DNA of 64,000 nucleotides from an uncultured Actinomycetes bacterium (GTDB lineage Bacteria; Actinomycetota; Thermoleophilia; UBA2241): NCBI GenBank assembly GCA_963709345.1, contig CAVPVX010000011.1, positions 96,001 to 160,000 of the forward strand, read 5' to 3'. Shown piece by piece: positions 28,440 to 37,275 of this stretch (position 1 is its first letter; each line of letters starts with the position of its first letter). The notes under the pieces were generated by a model. It saw only the letters and a program-made list of their open reading frames with translations, ran no database searches and was not told where the DNA came from. The position numbers and the translations under genes were made by a program.

Positions 28440-29455
28440 AGCCGGTCGCGATCGTCGCGCTTGCGCTGATCGTCGCGGCGGCCGCCGCCGCGGTGGTACG
28501 GCCGGCGGCGGCCGCGTCCGCCGGCGCCCGCGTACCGGCCTCGGCGGCGCGGCCCCCGGCCCGTTGGGTCGCCGTCTCCGTCGCGACCCTGTGGGTGGCG
28601 CCCGGTAGCACGCGGGCCGTGGACGCTCCCTCGACCGCGTCTCCCGCGGACCCGCGCGCCTGGGTCGCGGGCATGACGACGACGCAGAAGCGCTGGCTCG
28701 TCGGCAAGCTCGAGACGCAAGCGCTCTACGGCGACAAGGTGTACCTGCTCGAGACGTCCGGCGCCTGGTCCCGGGTCGCCGTCGCCGGCCAGCCGACGCC
28801 GCGGAGCCGCTGGGGCTACCCCGGCTGGCTGCCGACGAGGCAGCTCACGCGCACCACCCCGGCGGCCGCGCCGCGGATCGCCGTGGTGCGGCGGCCTACG
28901 GCGTGGCTGTGGGCGTCGCCCGGTCTGTCCGGGCGCGTGCTCGAGCTCTCCTACGGCACGCGCCTCCAGGCGCTCAGCTGGACGGCGGCCGCCGTCGAGG
29001 TCGCGCGCCTCGACGGCGGCCGCGCCTTCGTGCGGCGCGCGGCGGTGGCGCTGCGCGAGCCCGGCTCCGCGTGGCCGCCGCTCACGGGCGCGAAGCTGAC
29101 GACCGAAGCACGGCGCTTTCTCGGTCGGCAGTACCTGTGGGCGGGCACATCCGGCTTCGGCTTCGACTGCTCCGGCTTCACGCACGCCGTGTACCGCGCC
29201 CTCGGCACGACGATCCCGCGGGACGGCGCGCCGCAGGCCGGGGCGGGGCGCAGGATCGCGTCTCGCGGCGCCCTGCTGCCCGGCGACCTGGTCTTCTTCC
29301 GCGCCGCCGGCGGCGCTATCCACCACGTCGGCATGTGCGTCGGCGGCGGCCGGATGATCCACGCGCCGTCCACCGGCCGCCCGGTCGCGATCGTCTCGCT
29401 CGCCGCCGAGCCGTATCGCAGCGAGTTCGCCGGCGGTCGCCGGCTCGTCCCGTGA
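28436..29455 (+). CDS. Secreted NlpC/P60 (C40, YkfC-like) peptidase; start uncertain (CTG overlapping upstream stop)
   Basis: Signal-like N-terminus, ETQALYGDKV, YLWAGTSGFGFDCSGF, PGDLVFF, HHVGM. Confidence 0.85.
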   Translation: MKPVAIVALALIVAAAAAAVVRPAAAASAGARVPASAARPPARWVAVSVATLWVAPGSTRAVDAPSTASPADPRAWVAGMTTTQKRWLVGKLETQALYGDKVYLLETSGAWSRVAVAGQPTPRSRWGYPGWLPTRQLTRTTPAAAPRIAVVRRPTAWLWASPGLSGRVLELSYGTRLQALSWTAAAVEVARLDGGRAFVRRAAVALREPGSAWPPLTGAKLTTEARRFLGRQYLWAGTSGFGFDCSGFTHAVYRALGTTIPRDGAPQAGAGRRIASRGALLPGDLVFFRAAGGAIHHVGMCVGGGRMIHAPSTGRPVAIVSLAAEPYRSEFAGGRRLVP

Positions 29456-29522
29456 CGGTCCCGTGCGGATGATACGACCACTGCCGGCGCACGCAGACTC
29501 TCGAACCAGCGGGAGGTAGCCA

Positions 29523-31598
29523 ATGGACGCGACGGATTTCCAGGCCCCCGAGGCAGGCCACCTGGTCGCCACGGAGGACGGCTGTGAGGCGTTCATGCCC
29601 GCCCCGCTGCCGCCCCGGCTGACCTACGGCGGCGAGCTCGTGGAGGCGATGTCGGCCGCCGACGCCGCGCTGGGCGAGCTCTCCGGCCTCGCCGGCGGGC
29701 GGCGCGATCCGCAGATACTCGTCGCGCCGTTCCTCCGCCAGGAGGCCGTCCTCTCGTCGCGCATCGAGGGCACGCCGGCGACGCTCGTCGACCTGCTCTT
29801 CGACGAAGTCGCGGCGGCTCCCGACCTCGCGCTGCGCGAGAACCTGCGCGAGGTGCGCAACTACGTCGCCGCGCTCATGTACGGTGTCGACCGCCTCGCC
29901 GAGCTGCCGCTCTCCAGTCGGCTCGTCCTCGAGTTGCACGAACGGTTGCTGAAGGGCGTGGGCGACGCCAGCTGGACGCCCGGGGAGTTCCGTAGCGGCC
30001 AGAACTGGATCGGCCCGCCGGGTTCGACGCTCGAGACCGCCGTCTACGTGCCGCCGCCGGTCCCCGAGATGCATGCCGCTCTCTCCGAGTGGGACCGCTT
30101 CCTCGCAGGAGCGCACGGGTCTGCCGCCGCTCGTCCAGTGCGCCCTCGTGCACGAGCAGTTCGAGGCGATCCACCCGTTCCTGGAGGGCAACGGCCGCCT
30201 CGGACGGCTCCTGATCACGCTCTTCCTGATCGACCGCGGGCGCCTCTCGCATCCGCTCCTCTATCCCTCCGCCTACATCGAGGCGCACCGCGACGACTAC
30301 TACGGACTGCTGCAGCACATGCGCACGCGCGGGGAGTGGGAGCCGTGGCTGCTCTTCTTCATGGACGCGATCCGAGAGACTGCCGAGCGCGCCGCCGAGC
30401 AGGTACGCGCGCTCATGAAGCTCCGCGAGCTGTACCGCTCAAGGGTCACGGGCCACGCGCGCCGCCTGGTCGACGACCTCTTCCGGACACCCTTCGTCAC
30501 CGTGCCGGAGGCTCAGCAGGCGCTCTCCGTCAGCAACGCGACGGCGCGCAAGGCCGTCCGCGATCTGGAGGAGTGGGGCATGCTCGAGGAGCTGGCCGAG
30601 CGGCGCTGGCCGCGCGCGTACATCGCGCGGCCCATCCTCGACGCCATCCAGGAGCCGCTCGAGAGCCTGCGCCTGACGTCGGAGACCAAGACCAAGGGCG
30701 CGCCGCTGAAGACGGGGACCGCGCTCGAGGAGACGCCGGACCGCCCGGCCGATCTGCTCATGGCCGAGGCGATGCGCATCATCGACGAGGCGCGTCGGTA
30801 CGGGGTCCAGGTCCGCCTCATGGGCGGCCTCGCCGTGCGTCGCTACTGCACCGACCTCGACTTCATGGACCGGGAGTACTCGGACATCGACCTCGTCGGC
30901 CTCTCCATCCAGAACCGCGAGCTGCACCAGGTCTTCACCCGCCTCGGCTACGTCGAGAACCGCGTCGTGACCGAGGCGACCGGCGCCGGGCAGCTGCAGT
31001 ACGTCAAGACGGAGGCGCTGCGCGATGCCGGGGGGCGTACCGCATCGGCGTCAGCAAGAGGCAGGCCGACGGACCCGCGAGCCTCGTCGACCACATCGAC
31101 CTCTTCATGGACGTCATGCGCATGGACCACGACCTCGACGTCCGCGGCCGCCTGCTCGTCGACGAGTACGCGATCTCGCCGGCCGACGCCTTCATCGGCA
31201 AGGTCCAGATCGGCCAGATCAACGCCAAGGATGCGCACGACGTCATCGCGCTGGTCAAAGATGTGCCGCTCCGCGAGGCCGACGACGAGTCGTCGATCTG
31301 CCTGCCGTACCTGGCCGAGACCTGCGCCGACGATTGGGGCCTCTACCAGGACGTCGTGACCAACATCGACGTCGTGCTGGCCACGGTCGACGACTTCGAC
31401 CTCTCCAGGGAGGAGGCGGCGTGGGTCTACGGGCGGCTCACGGCGATCCGTGAGGCCATCCGGAGCGAGGAGAAGACGGTACGCTGGAAACTGCGCGCGA
31501 GGGTCGGGAAGCGGGTCGCGTGGCGTCGCGAGATCGAGGACACGGACGGGACCGACGTGGTCGCGCCGGAGTGGGACTGGAGGCGCGACCTCGGCTGA
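29523..31598 (+). CDS. Fic-nucleotidyltransferase fusion (copy 2) with two compensating frameshifts (~30105, ~31035)
   Basis: SSRIEGT in frame A; HPFLEGNGRLGR and VRLMGGLA...SDIDL in frame B; HIDLFMD...APEWDWRRDLG back in frame A. Confidence 0.85.
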   Translation: MDATDFQAPEAGHLVATEDGCEAFMPAPLPPRLTYGGELVEAMSAADAALGELSGLAGGRRDPQILVAPFLRQEAVLSSRIEGTPATLVDLLFDEVAAAPDLALRENLREVRNYVAALMYGVDRLAELPLSSRLVLELHERLLKGVGDASWTPGEFRSGQNWIGPPGSTLETAVYVPPPVPEMHAALSEWDRFLAGAHGSAAARPVRPRARAVRGDPPVPGGQRPPRTAPDHALPDRPRAPLASAPLSLRLHRGAPRRLLRTAAAHAHARGVGAVAALLHGRDPRDCRARRRAGTRAHEAPRAVPLKGHGPRAPPGRRPLPDTLRHRAGGSAGALRQQRDGAQGRPRSGGVGHARGAGRAALAARVHRAAHPRRHPGAAREPAPDVGDQDQGRAAEDGDRARGDAGPPGRSAHGRGDAHHRRGASVRGPGPPHGRPRRASLLHRPRLHGPGVLGHRPRRPLHPEPRAAPGLHPPRLRREPRRDRGDRRRAAAVRQDGGAARCRGAYRIGVSKRQADGPASLVDHIDLFMDVMRMDHDLDVRGRLLVDEYAISPADAFIGKVQIGQINAKDAHDVIALVKDVPLREADDESSICLPYLAETCADDWGLYQDVVTNIDVVLATVDDFDLSREEAAWVYGRLTAIREAIRSEEKTVRWKLRARVGKRVAWRREIEDTDGTDVVAPEWDWRRDLG

Positions 31599-31699
31599 CC
31601 CCGGCCGCGCCGTTTCCACTTCGCCCTTGCGTGAAATGACGGGGGCGAGGGCGCAGCCGCCGCGCGCCGCACAGGAGTGGCGATCCCGGGAGGGACATC

Positions 31700-32023
31700 A
31701 TGGCCGACGACCATCTGCCCAACGTGTATGTGGGGTTCCGCGAGAGCTACCCCGGCGTCGCCGAGGCCCTTGACGGGCTGGGCGAGGCCACCGACGGCGC
31801 CGGCCCGCTCGACGAGCGCACCGCGCGGCTGGTCAAGCTGGGCCTCGCGGTCGGGGCGCTCGCCGAGGGCTCCGTGCGCTCGAACGCGCGCAAGGCCCTC
31901 GCGGCCGGCGCGTCCCCGGACGAGGTGCGTCAGGTCGCCATGCTGGCGATCACGACCTGCGGGTTCCCCGCGGCCATCGCCGGCCTCGGCTGGATCGACG
32001 AGGTGCTCTCGACCGAGGAGTAG
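31700..32023 (+). CDS. Carboxymuconolactone decarboxylase/AhpD-like protein
   Basis: GPLDERTARLVKLGLA...ALAAGASPDEVRQV...TTCGFP. Confidence 0.85.
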   Translation: MADDHLPNVYVGFRESYPGVAEALDGLGEATDGAGPLDERTARLVKLGLAVGALAEGSVRSNARKALAAGASPDEVRQVAMLAITTCGFPAAIAGLGWIDEVLSTEE

Positions 32024-32078
32024 GAACGGGTGAGGGGGCTGGTTCGCCGGGCCGCCGTGCGAGTGCACGCCCGGCGGC

Positions 32079-32783
32079 TCACCATCCGATGCGCCGGCCT
32101 CCGTCACGCGAGACCTTCTCGTGGCAGATCCGCGTGATGGCGGCGCGGACGGCACGCGCGGCGAGCCAGCCCACGAGGGTCGCCGGCCCGGCGTAGTCCA
32201 GGGTGTCGCCGCGCCCGGTGCAGGCGACGACGACCGTGTCCGTCGAGGTGCCGCTCGCCGGATCCCCGGTGGGCGTCTTCACGTCCCACTCCGCGAGCAT
32301 CAGCGTCTTCGCCTCCGTCGCGGTGATCACCGCGTTGACGAGCGCCGACGGGGAGAGCGCTGCGTCGGCGAGAAGAACGATGTTGATGGTGCCGGGCCGC
32401 GGGCGCGCCTCCTGTCCGACCGGGGGCGTGACGCCGGCGCACGACGTGTTGCTGAGTCCCACCGAGACGACGGCCGCGACCGCGAGCTCCCCGGCCCTCT
32501 CTACGGCGACCCGGGCGTACTCGGTGTACGCGGCGGTCATCAGGCCGACGAACGGGGCGTCCACCCCAAGGCTCGCGGCGAACTCGGCGAGGTCGTCGCC
32601 GGGGCGGTCGCCGTCGTAGCGGTCGTCGACGTGCATGTTGAGGATCGTGCGGAAGCGGCCGTACCCCCCGCCGACGACGGCGGAGCTGAGCGCCGTGATT
32701 CCGTGCTCGCTCGAGATCCTCACCGCCCGCTCGTCGATCATGACCGTCAGACCGGGGATCGGCGTCTCGCTCGTGGCGCTCAC
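32079..32783 (-). CDS. cbiZ: Adenosylcobinamide amidohydrolase
   Basis: LSSAVVGGG, GLMTAA, GTINI, ITATEAK, SGTSTD, YAGPAT. Confidence 0.85.
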   Translation of the reverse strand: MSATSETPIPGLTVMIDERAVRISSEHGITALSSAVVGGGYGRFRTILNMHVDDRYDGDRPGDDLAEFAASLGVDAPFVGLMTAAYTEYARVAVERAGELAVAAVVSVGLSNTSCAGVTPPVGQEARPRPGTINIVLLADAALSPSALVNAVITATEAKTLMLAEWDVKTPTGDPASGTSTDTVVVACTGRGDTLDYAGPATLVGWLAARAVRAAITRICHEKVSRDGGRRIGW

Positions 32784-33001
32784 GGCTTGACCTCTCGTGC
32801 GGGGGCAGGGCGCCGGCGATTCTAGCGCAGCCGGCGCCGGCCGGTCACGGGTGCCCGTCTCGCTGCCGCCCACCCGTCTTGCCGCCGCCGCGCGACAGGA
32901 AGCCGGGCGCGCCGCTGGCGCGCCGCACGAGGTCTCGTCCGGCCGCGGATGGGTATAAAAAGGAGCGAATATGTCTTGATTTGTACGAGACGAGGTGCAT
33001 C

Positions 33002-33844
33002 ATGGAGTTCGCCGGAGCTGTGGCGGTCGAGACACCGCCTCTGACCCGTCTGCTGGACGGCCCGAGGTACGAGGTGATCCCGGTGTCGGGAATCGAGGCG
33101 AAGGTACAAGGCCTTCCCGAGGGGTCGACCGTCAGCGTGACGGCGTCGCCGGCGCAGGGTCTCGAGCGCACGTTCGACGTCAGCACCATGCTGGCCGCCG
33201 GCGGGTACCGGGCCGTGCCGCACCTCTCGGCGCGCATGGTCACTGGGCGCAGCCAGCTGGAGCGCCTCGTACAGCGCCTCGAAGGGGCCGGGATCAGCGA
33301 GGCCTTCGTCGTCGGCGGCGACGTGACTCCGCCGGCGGGCGTGTACACCGATGCCGGGGACCTCCTCGAGGAGCTTGCCGGCCTGTCACATCCGTTCACC
33401 CGCATCGGCATCGGCGGGTATCCCGAGGGCCACCCGCTCATCGCCGACCACCTCCTGCTCGAGGCCCTGCTGCGCAAGCAGCCGTTCGCCACCCACATCG
33501 TGACGCAACTCTGCTTCGACACCGACGCGCTTGTGAGCTGGGTGGAGTCGATCCGCGAAGCCGGTATCGACCTTCCGGTGCTCGTGGGTCTGCCCGGCGT
33601 GGTGGAGCGCCGCAAGCTCGCCGAGATCTCCCTCAAGTCCGGAGTCGGCGCATCCCTGCGCTACCTGCGCAAGAACCGGCGCCAGCTCGCCGCGCTCGCG
33701 CGCAGCCGAAGGTATGACCCGACGCCGCTCGCCGGGGCAGTGGCCGCGCATCTTGACGATGACGGCCTGGGCCTCGCCGGCGTGCATCTCTTCACCTTCA
33801 ACCAGATCGCCCCGACGAGGGAGTGGGTCGCGAGCAACTCGTGA
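33002..33844 (+). CDS. metF: Methylenetetrahydrofolate reductase
   Basis: VSVTASP, VPHLSAR, VVGGD, GGYPEGHP, IVTQLCFD, HLFTFNQ. Confidence 0.85.
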   Translation: MEFAGAVAVETPPLTRLLDGPRYEVIPVSGIEAKVQGLPEGSTVSVTASPAQGLERTFDVSTMLAAGGYRAVPHLSARMVTGRSQLERLVQRLEGAGISEAFVVGGDVTPPAGVYTDAGDLLEELAGLSHPFTRIGIGGYPEGHPLIADHLLLEALLRKQPFATHIVTQLCFDTDALVSWVESIREAGIDLPVLVGLPGVVERRKLAEISLKSGVGASLRYLRKNRRQLAALARSRRYDPTPLAGAVAAHLDDDGLGLAGVHLFTFNQIAPTREWVASNS

Positions 33845-33935
33845 CGCTTGCGCGTGACCCCTGTGCCGGGGAGCGGCTCCTACTGCGTCCTCTGCGCCCG
33901 CGGCGTCTGCGACCCGGCGGGCTGTTCCGGCCGAC

Positions 33936-34856
33936 CTACGGCGTCGGCGTCGGCGTCGGTCCGGTCGAGTCCGAGAACGGGCCTTCCCCCGGTGGCGCCT
34001 TCCCGTGTAGCGAAGGCGCGGTGCCGAGCACGGATCCGGCGAGGATCAGCGGCATGCCGACGGCGATTCCCAGGGTGAACGACTCGCTCAGGAAGGCGAC
34101 GCCGAGCAGCACGGCGACCAGCGGGTTGATGTAGGTGATCACCGTGGAGCGCGCCGGGCCCACCTCCCGGATCAGCGCGAAGAAGATGAGGAACGCGAGC
34201 GCCGTGCAGACCAGCGAGAGCATCGCCACCGACCCCACGGTCTCTGGCGACACGGACGAAGGCATGGTCGCGATCCCGGCTGGGGCGTACAGCAGCGCGG
34301 TCAGCGCGAGGGACGCCGCGATAACGCCGATCGCCGGCAGGTCGGTGAGCCACCGGCTGATGACGAGCGGGCCGGCGGCGTAGCAGAAGGCGACCACTCC
34401 CATCTCGGCAAAGGCCAGCGGGTCGCTGCCGCCGACGTCAATCCCGACGAGGGCGGCGACGCCGGCGAATCCGATCACCAGTCCCACGAGGCGGCGCCGG
34501 TCGAGCCGGTCAGAGACCCCGGCCGCCCAGTACAGGACGGCGCCGATGAGCGGGACCGTGGCCACGAGAAGGCCGGCCGTCGAGCTTGAGATGCGCTCTT
34601 CGGCGTGTGAGAGCAGAAGCCAGGGAACGCAGAGCTCGAGCGCGGTGTAGACGAGCAGCCAGCGCCACCGAGGCAGGAGGGAGCGAAGCCCGCCGCGGCG
34701 CAGAGCGAACGGGATGAGGAGCAGCGCCGCCGGGGCCGTGCGCACGAAGACGAGCGCCGGCGGCGGAAGCTCACGCACGGCGATGCGGATGAACAGATAC
34801 GGGAGGCCCCAGATCACGCAGAGCGCGATGAACAGCAGCCAGCCTTTGCGTGACAC
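33936..34856 (-). CDS. DMT/EamA family transporter
   Basis: IWGLPYLFIRIA...CTALAF...ITYINPLVAVLLG. Confidence 0.9.
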   Translation of the reverse strand: MSRKGWLLFIALCVIWGLPYLFIRIAVRELPPPALVFVRTAPAALLLIPFALRRGGLRSLLPRWRWLLVYTALELCVPWLLLSHAEERISSSTAGLLVATVPLIGAVLYWAAGVSDRLDRRRLVGLVIGFAGVAALVGIDVGGSDPLAFAEMGVVAFCYAAGPLVISRWLTDLPAIGVIAASLALTALLYAPAGIATMPSSVSPETVGSVAMLSLVCTALAFLIFFALIREVGPARSTVITYINPLVAVLLGVAFLSESFTLGIAVGMPLILAGSVLGTAPSLHGKAPPGEGPFSDSTGPTPTPTP

Positions 34857-35053
34857 GTCGCGGTCCCTTCAGTCGCAGCCGCCGCTCATCCTATCGTTGT
34901 GCGGGGCGCGGCCGCTTCGCGCCGGTACACCGGGGTAGGATGAGTGCGGGACCGCCGTCGCGGCGGGACCGGCGTGGCCGGCGCGGCAAAGCGACGGTCG
35001 TGAGCCCGGGTGCGCGCGGCGCAGCCGGCTCGCGAGCGAGAGGAGGAAGCCCG

Positions 35054-35563
35054 ATGGATGTGTTCGAGGCGATCGCCGCCCGCTACAGCGTGCGAGGGTA
35101 CAAGCCCGATCCGGTGGACGATAGTCTGCTGACGAAGGTGCTCGAGGCGGCGCGGCAGGCGCCGACCGCCGCCAACCGGCAGCCCTTCCGCGTGGTGGTG
35201 CTGCACACGAAGGGCAGGGAGGACGAGCTGGCGCGCATCTACAGCCGCCGCTGGTTCACCTCGGCGCCGCTGGTGCTCGGCTTCGTGGCCGTGCCGGGCG
35301 AGGCCTGGCGGCGCATGGACGACAAGCCTTACGACGAGGTGGACGCTACCATCGCCATGGATCACCTGGTGCTGGCGGCGACGGCGTTGGGGCTCGGCAC
35401 CTGTTGGGTCGCCGCCTTCGACCCCGTTGCCGCGCGTGAGGTGCTTGGGCTGCCGGACGATGTCGAGCCCATAGCGTTCACGCCGCTCGGCCATCCCGAG
35501 AAAGATCGCGCACGCACCGGTCGTCGCCCGCTCGAGGAGCTCGTGCGATACGAGCGCTGGTGA
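35054..35563 (+). CDS. Nitroreductase family protein
   Basis: RYSVRGY, APTAANRQP, LGLGTCWV; AGGAGG RBS. Confidence 0.9.
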   Translation: MDVFEAIAARYSVRGYKPDPVDDSLLTKVLEAARQAPTAANRQPFRVVVLHTKGREDELARIYSRRWFTSAPLVLGFVAVPGEAWRRMDDKPYDEVDATIAMDHLVLAATALGLGTCWVAAFDPVAAREVLGLPDDVEPIAFTPLGHPEKDRARTGRRPLEELVRYERW

Positions 35564-35781
35564 CGTGGCGTGGGCGGGTCGGCGCGGCGCTTCGCCGGCC
35601 CCGCCCACGCTTCCCCCCTCCGTTCGCGACCGGCCACGACTTCGGGCGCAGGCCCTCCCGCGCCGGTTGAAGCCGTCACCCGCTGGCGACCGAGCAGCTC
35701 TCCTCATGAGGACGGCCGCCGTGCGGGCGATACTCCATGGTGGAACGTGCGCGCCGGGCGTGCTGAGACTAGGGGAGGCGC

Positions 35782-36078
35782 ATGTTGCAGTCGTGCCGCG
35801 AGGCCGATGCCGCACCCGCAGCGTGGCCCGAAGAGCAGACGCTGCGCTGGCCGTATCTCGCCTTCGCTCGGGAGGCCGTCGCCGCGGACACGCTCCCGGC
35901 GGTGTGCCCGACGCCGACGGGAGCGCTCTGGGAGTTCGACGGGCGGCGGTTCCACGTGACCGACGTCATCGACGGTGTTCGCCGCCGGCCGGCCGACGAT
36001 GTCGCGCTGGTGCCGCCCGGCCCGTGGCTGCACCTGGCCGGTTGCGCCTGCGAGCTCTGCAGGCTGGGCAGCGTCTGA
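35782..36078 (+). CDS. Small hypothetical protein with C-terminal HxxxCxCxxC
   Basis: GGGGAGG RBS before ATG; 98 aa ending WLHLAGCACELC. Confidence 0.55.
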   Translation: MLQSCREADAAPAAWPEEQTLRWPYLAFAREAVAADTLPAVCPTPTGALWEFDGRRFHVTDVIDGVRRRPADDVALVPPGPWLHLAGCACELCRLGSV

Positions 36079-36109
36079 CGGCCCCCCCGGGGGTAGACGA
36101 GAGTCCTAC

Positions 36110-36138
36110 GTGACACGCGTCGGTCGCCGCGGTACAGT
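36110..36138 (+). promoter_or_regulatory. Sigma70-type promoter in intergenic region
   Basis: GTGACA (36110-36115), 17-bp spacer, TACAGT (36133-36138). Confidence 0.6.
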
Positions 36139-36142
36139 GCGC

Positions 36143-36213
36143 ACGAGGGCCGACCTCCCCTCTTAGCATCGACTCGCCAGGCTTTGCTTACCCCGGTCGG
36201 CCCTCGTTCTCTG
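36143..36213 (+). ncRNA. Candidate small RNA or structured leader
   Basis: 13-bp perfect stem ACGAGGGCCGACC/GGTCGGCCCTCGT beginning at the predicted TSS, 39-nt pyrimidine-rich loop. Confidence 0.4.
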
Positions 36214-36362
36214 CTCCGACGGCCCGGCAGGAACCGTCCCCCAGGCGGCGAACCAGAGGCAGGGGTCGCCGGCCACACCAGTGCTCATTGGCTCGCTCCA
36301 GCAGTCCTTCGTTGCTCACGGCGGCCCCCTCTATTCGGGCTGCGTGAGCTGTGGAGGCGTTC

Positions 36363-36548
36363 ATGAAGGTCGCGGTCGACGAGGATCGCCGCAGCGGCCG
36401 TGTCGCGCGCGACGAGCGGCGCCCGGAAGTCCTTGAGGCGGCGGAGCACTGTCCTCAAGGGGCGATCCTGGTGGATGCCGACGCGCGCGACGGGTTGAGC
36501 AACCCTGGTCGGCCCCTCATAATCGGTGCTTGGCCTTTTGACGGCTGA
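36363..36548 (+). pseudogene. Ferredoxin remnant lacking the N-terminal Cys cluster
   Basis: MKVAVDEDR...VLEAAEHCPQGAI; GGAGG RBS; the CxxxxxC segment is missing. Confidence 0.55.
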
Positions 36549-36566
36549 CAAGGGAGAACCCGTCCC

Positions 36567-37274
36567 ATGATCGTCTTTGAAGACGTCACCAAGATCTACG
36601 ACCCCGATGTGGTCGGTCTCCAGGACTTCACCTGCCACATCGGCAAGGGTGAGTTCGTGTTCCTCGTGGGAGCCTCCGGCTCCGGCAAGTCCACGCTGAT
36701 CAAGCTCGTGCTCAAGGAGCTTGTGCCCGAATCGGGCCGCATCCTCGTGGCCGGCCGCAACCTCGGCACGCTGCGCCACAGCAAGGTGCCGCTGCTGCGG
36801 CGTAACATCGGCTGCGTGTTCCAGGACTTCAAGCTGCTGCCCAACAAGACCATCTTCGACAACGTCGCGTACGCGCTCGAGGTGGTCGGCGAGCCGCGGC
36901 GCAGCATCCGCCGCAAGGTGCCGGAGATCCTGAGCCTGGTCGGCCTAAGCGACAAGACCAACAGCTACCCTCACGAGATCAGCGGCGGCGAGCAGCAGCG
37001 AGTCAGTGTGGCGCGCGCGTTCGTGAACCATCCGCCGCTGCTCCTCGCCGACGAACCTACCGGCAACATCGATCCCGAGACCGCTGTGGGCATCATGCAG
37101 CTGCTCGTGCGCATCAACCGCACGGGGACGACGATCGTCGTCGCCACGCACGACCGTGACATGGTCAACCGCATGCGCCGGCGCGTCCTGCAGCTTGACG
37201 GTGGCCGCCTCGTGCGCGACGAGCGCCGCGGCGGATACGACCAGGTCGCCGACGCCGAAGCGCTGGGGGTCTGA
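36567..37274 (+). CDS. ftsE: Cell division ATP-binding protein FtsE
   Basis: GASGSGKST, VFQDFKLL, ISGGEQQR, ADEPTGN. Confidence 0.95.
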   Translation: MIVFEDVTKIYDPDVVGLQDFTCHIGKGEFVFLVGASGSGKSTLIKLVLKELVPESGRILVAGRNLGTLRHSKVPLLRRNIGCVFQDFKLLPNKTIFDNVAYALEVVGEPRRSIRRKVPEILSLVGLSDKTNSYPHEISGGEQQRVSVARAFVNHPPLLLADEPTGNIDPETAVGIMQLLVRINRTGTTIVVATHDRDMVNRMRRRVLQLDGGRLVRDERRGGYDQVADAEALGV

Positions 37275-37275
37275 T

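Noticed and set aside
32784-33001. Cobalamin riboswitch before cbiZ or SAM riboswitch before metF
   Set aside because: No B12-box or SAM consensus elements recognisable on either strand.
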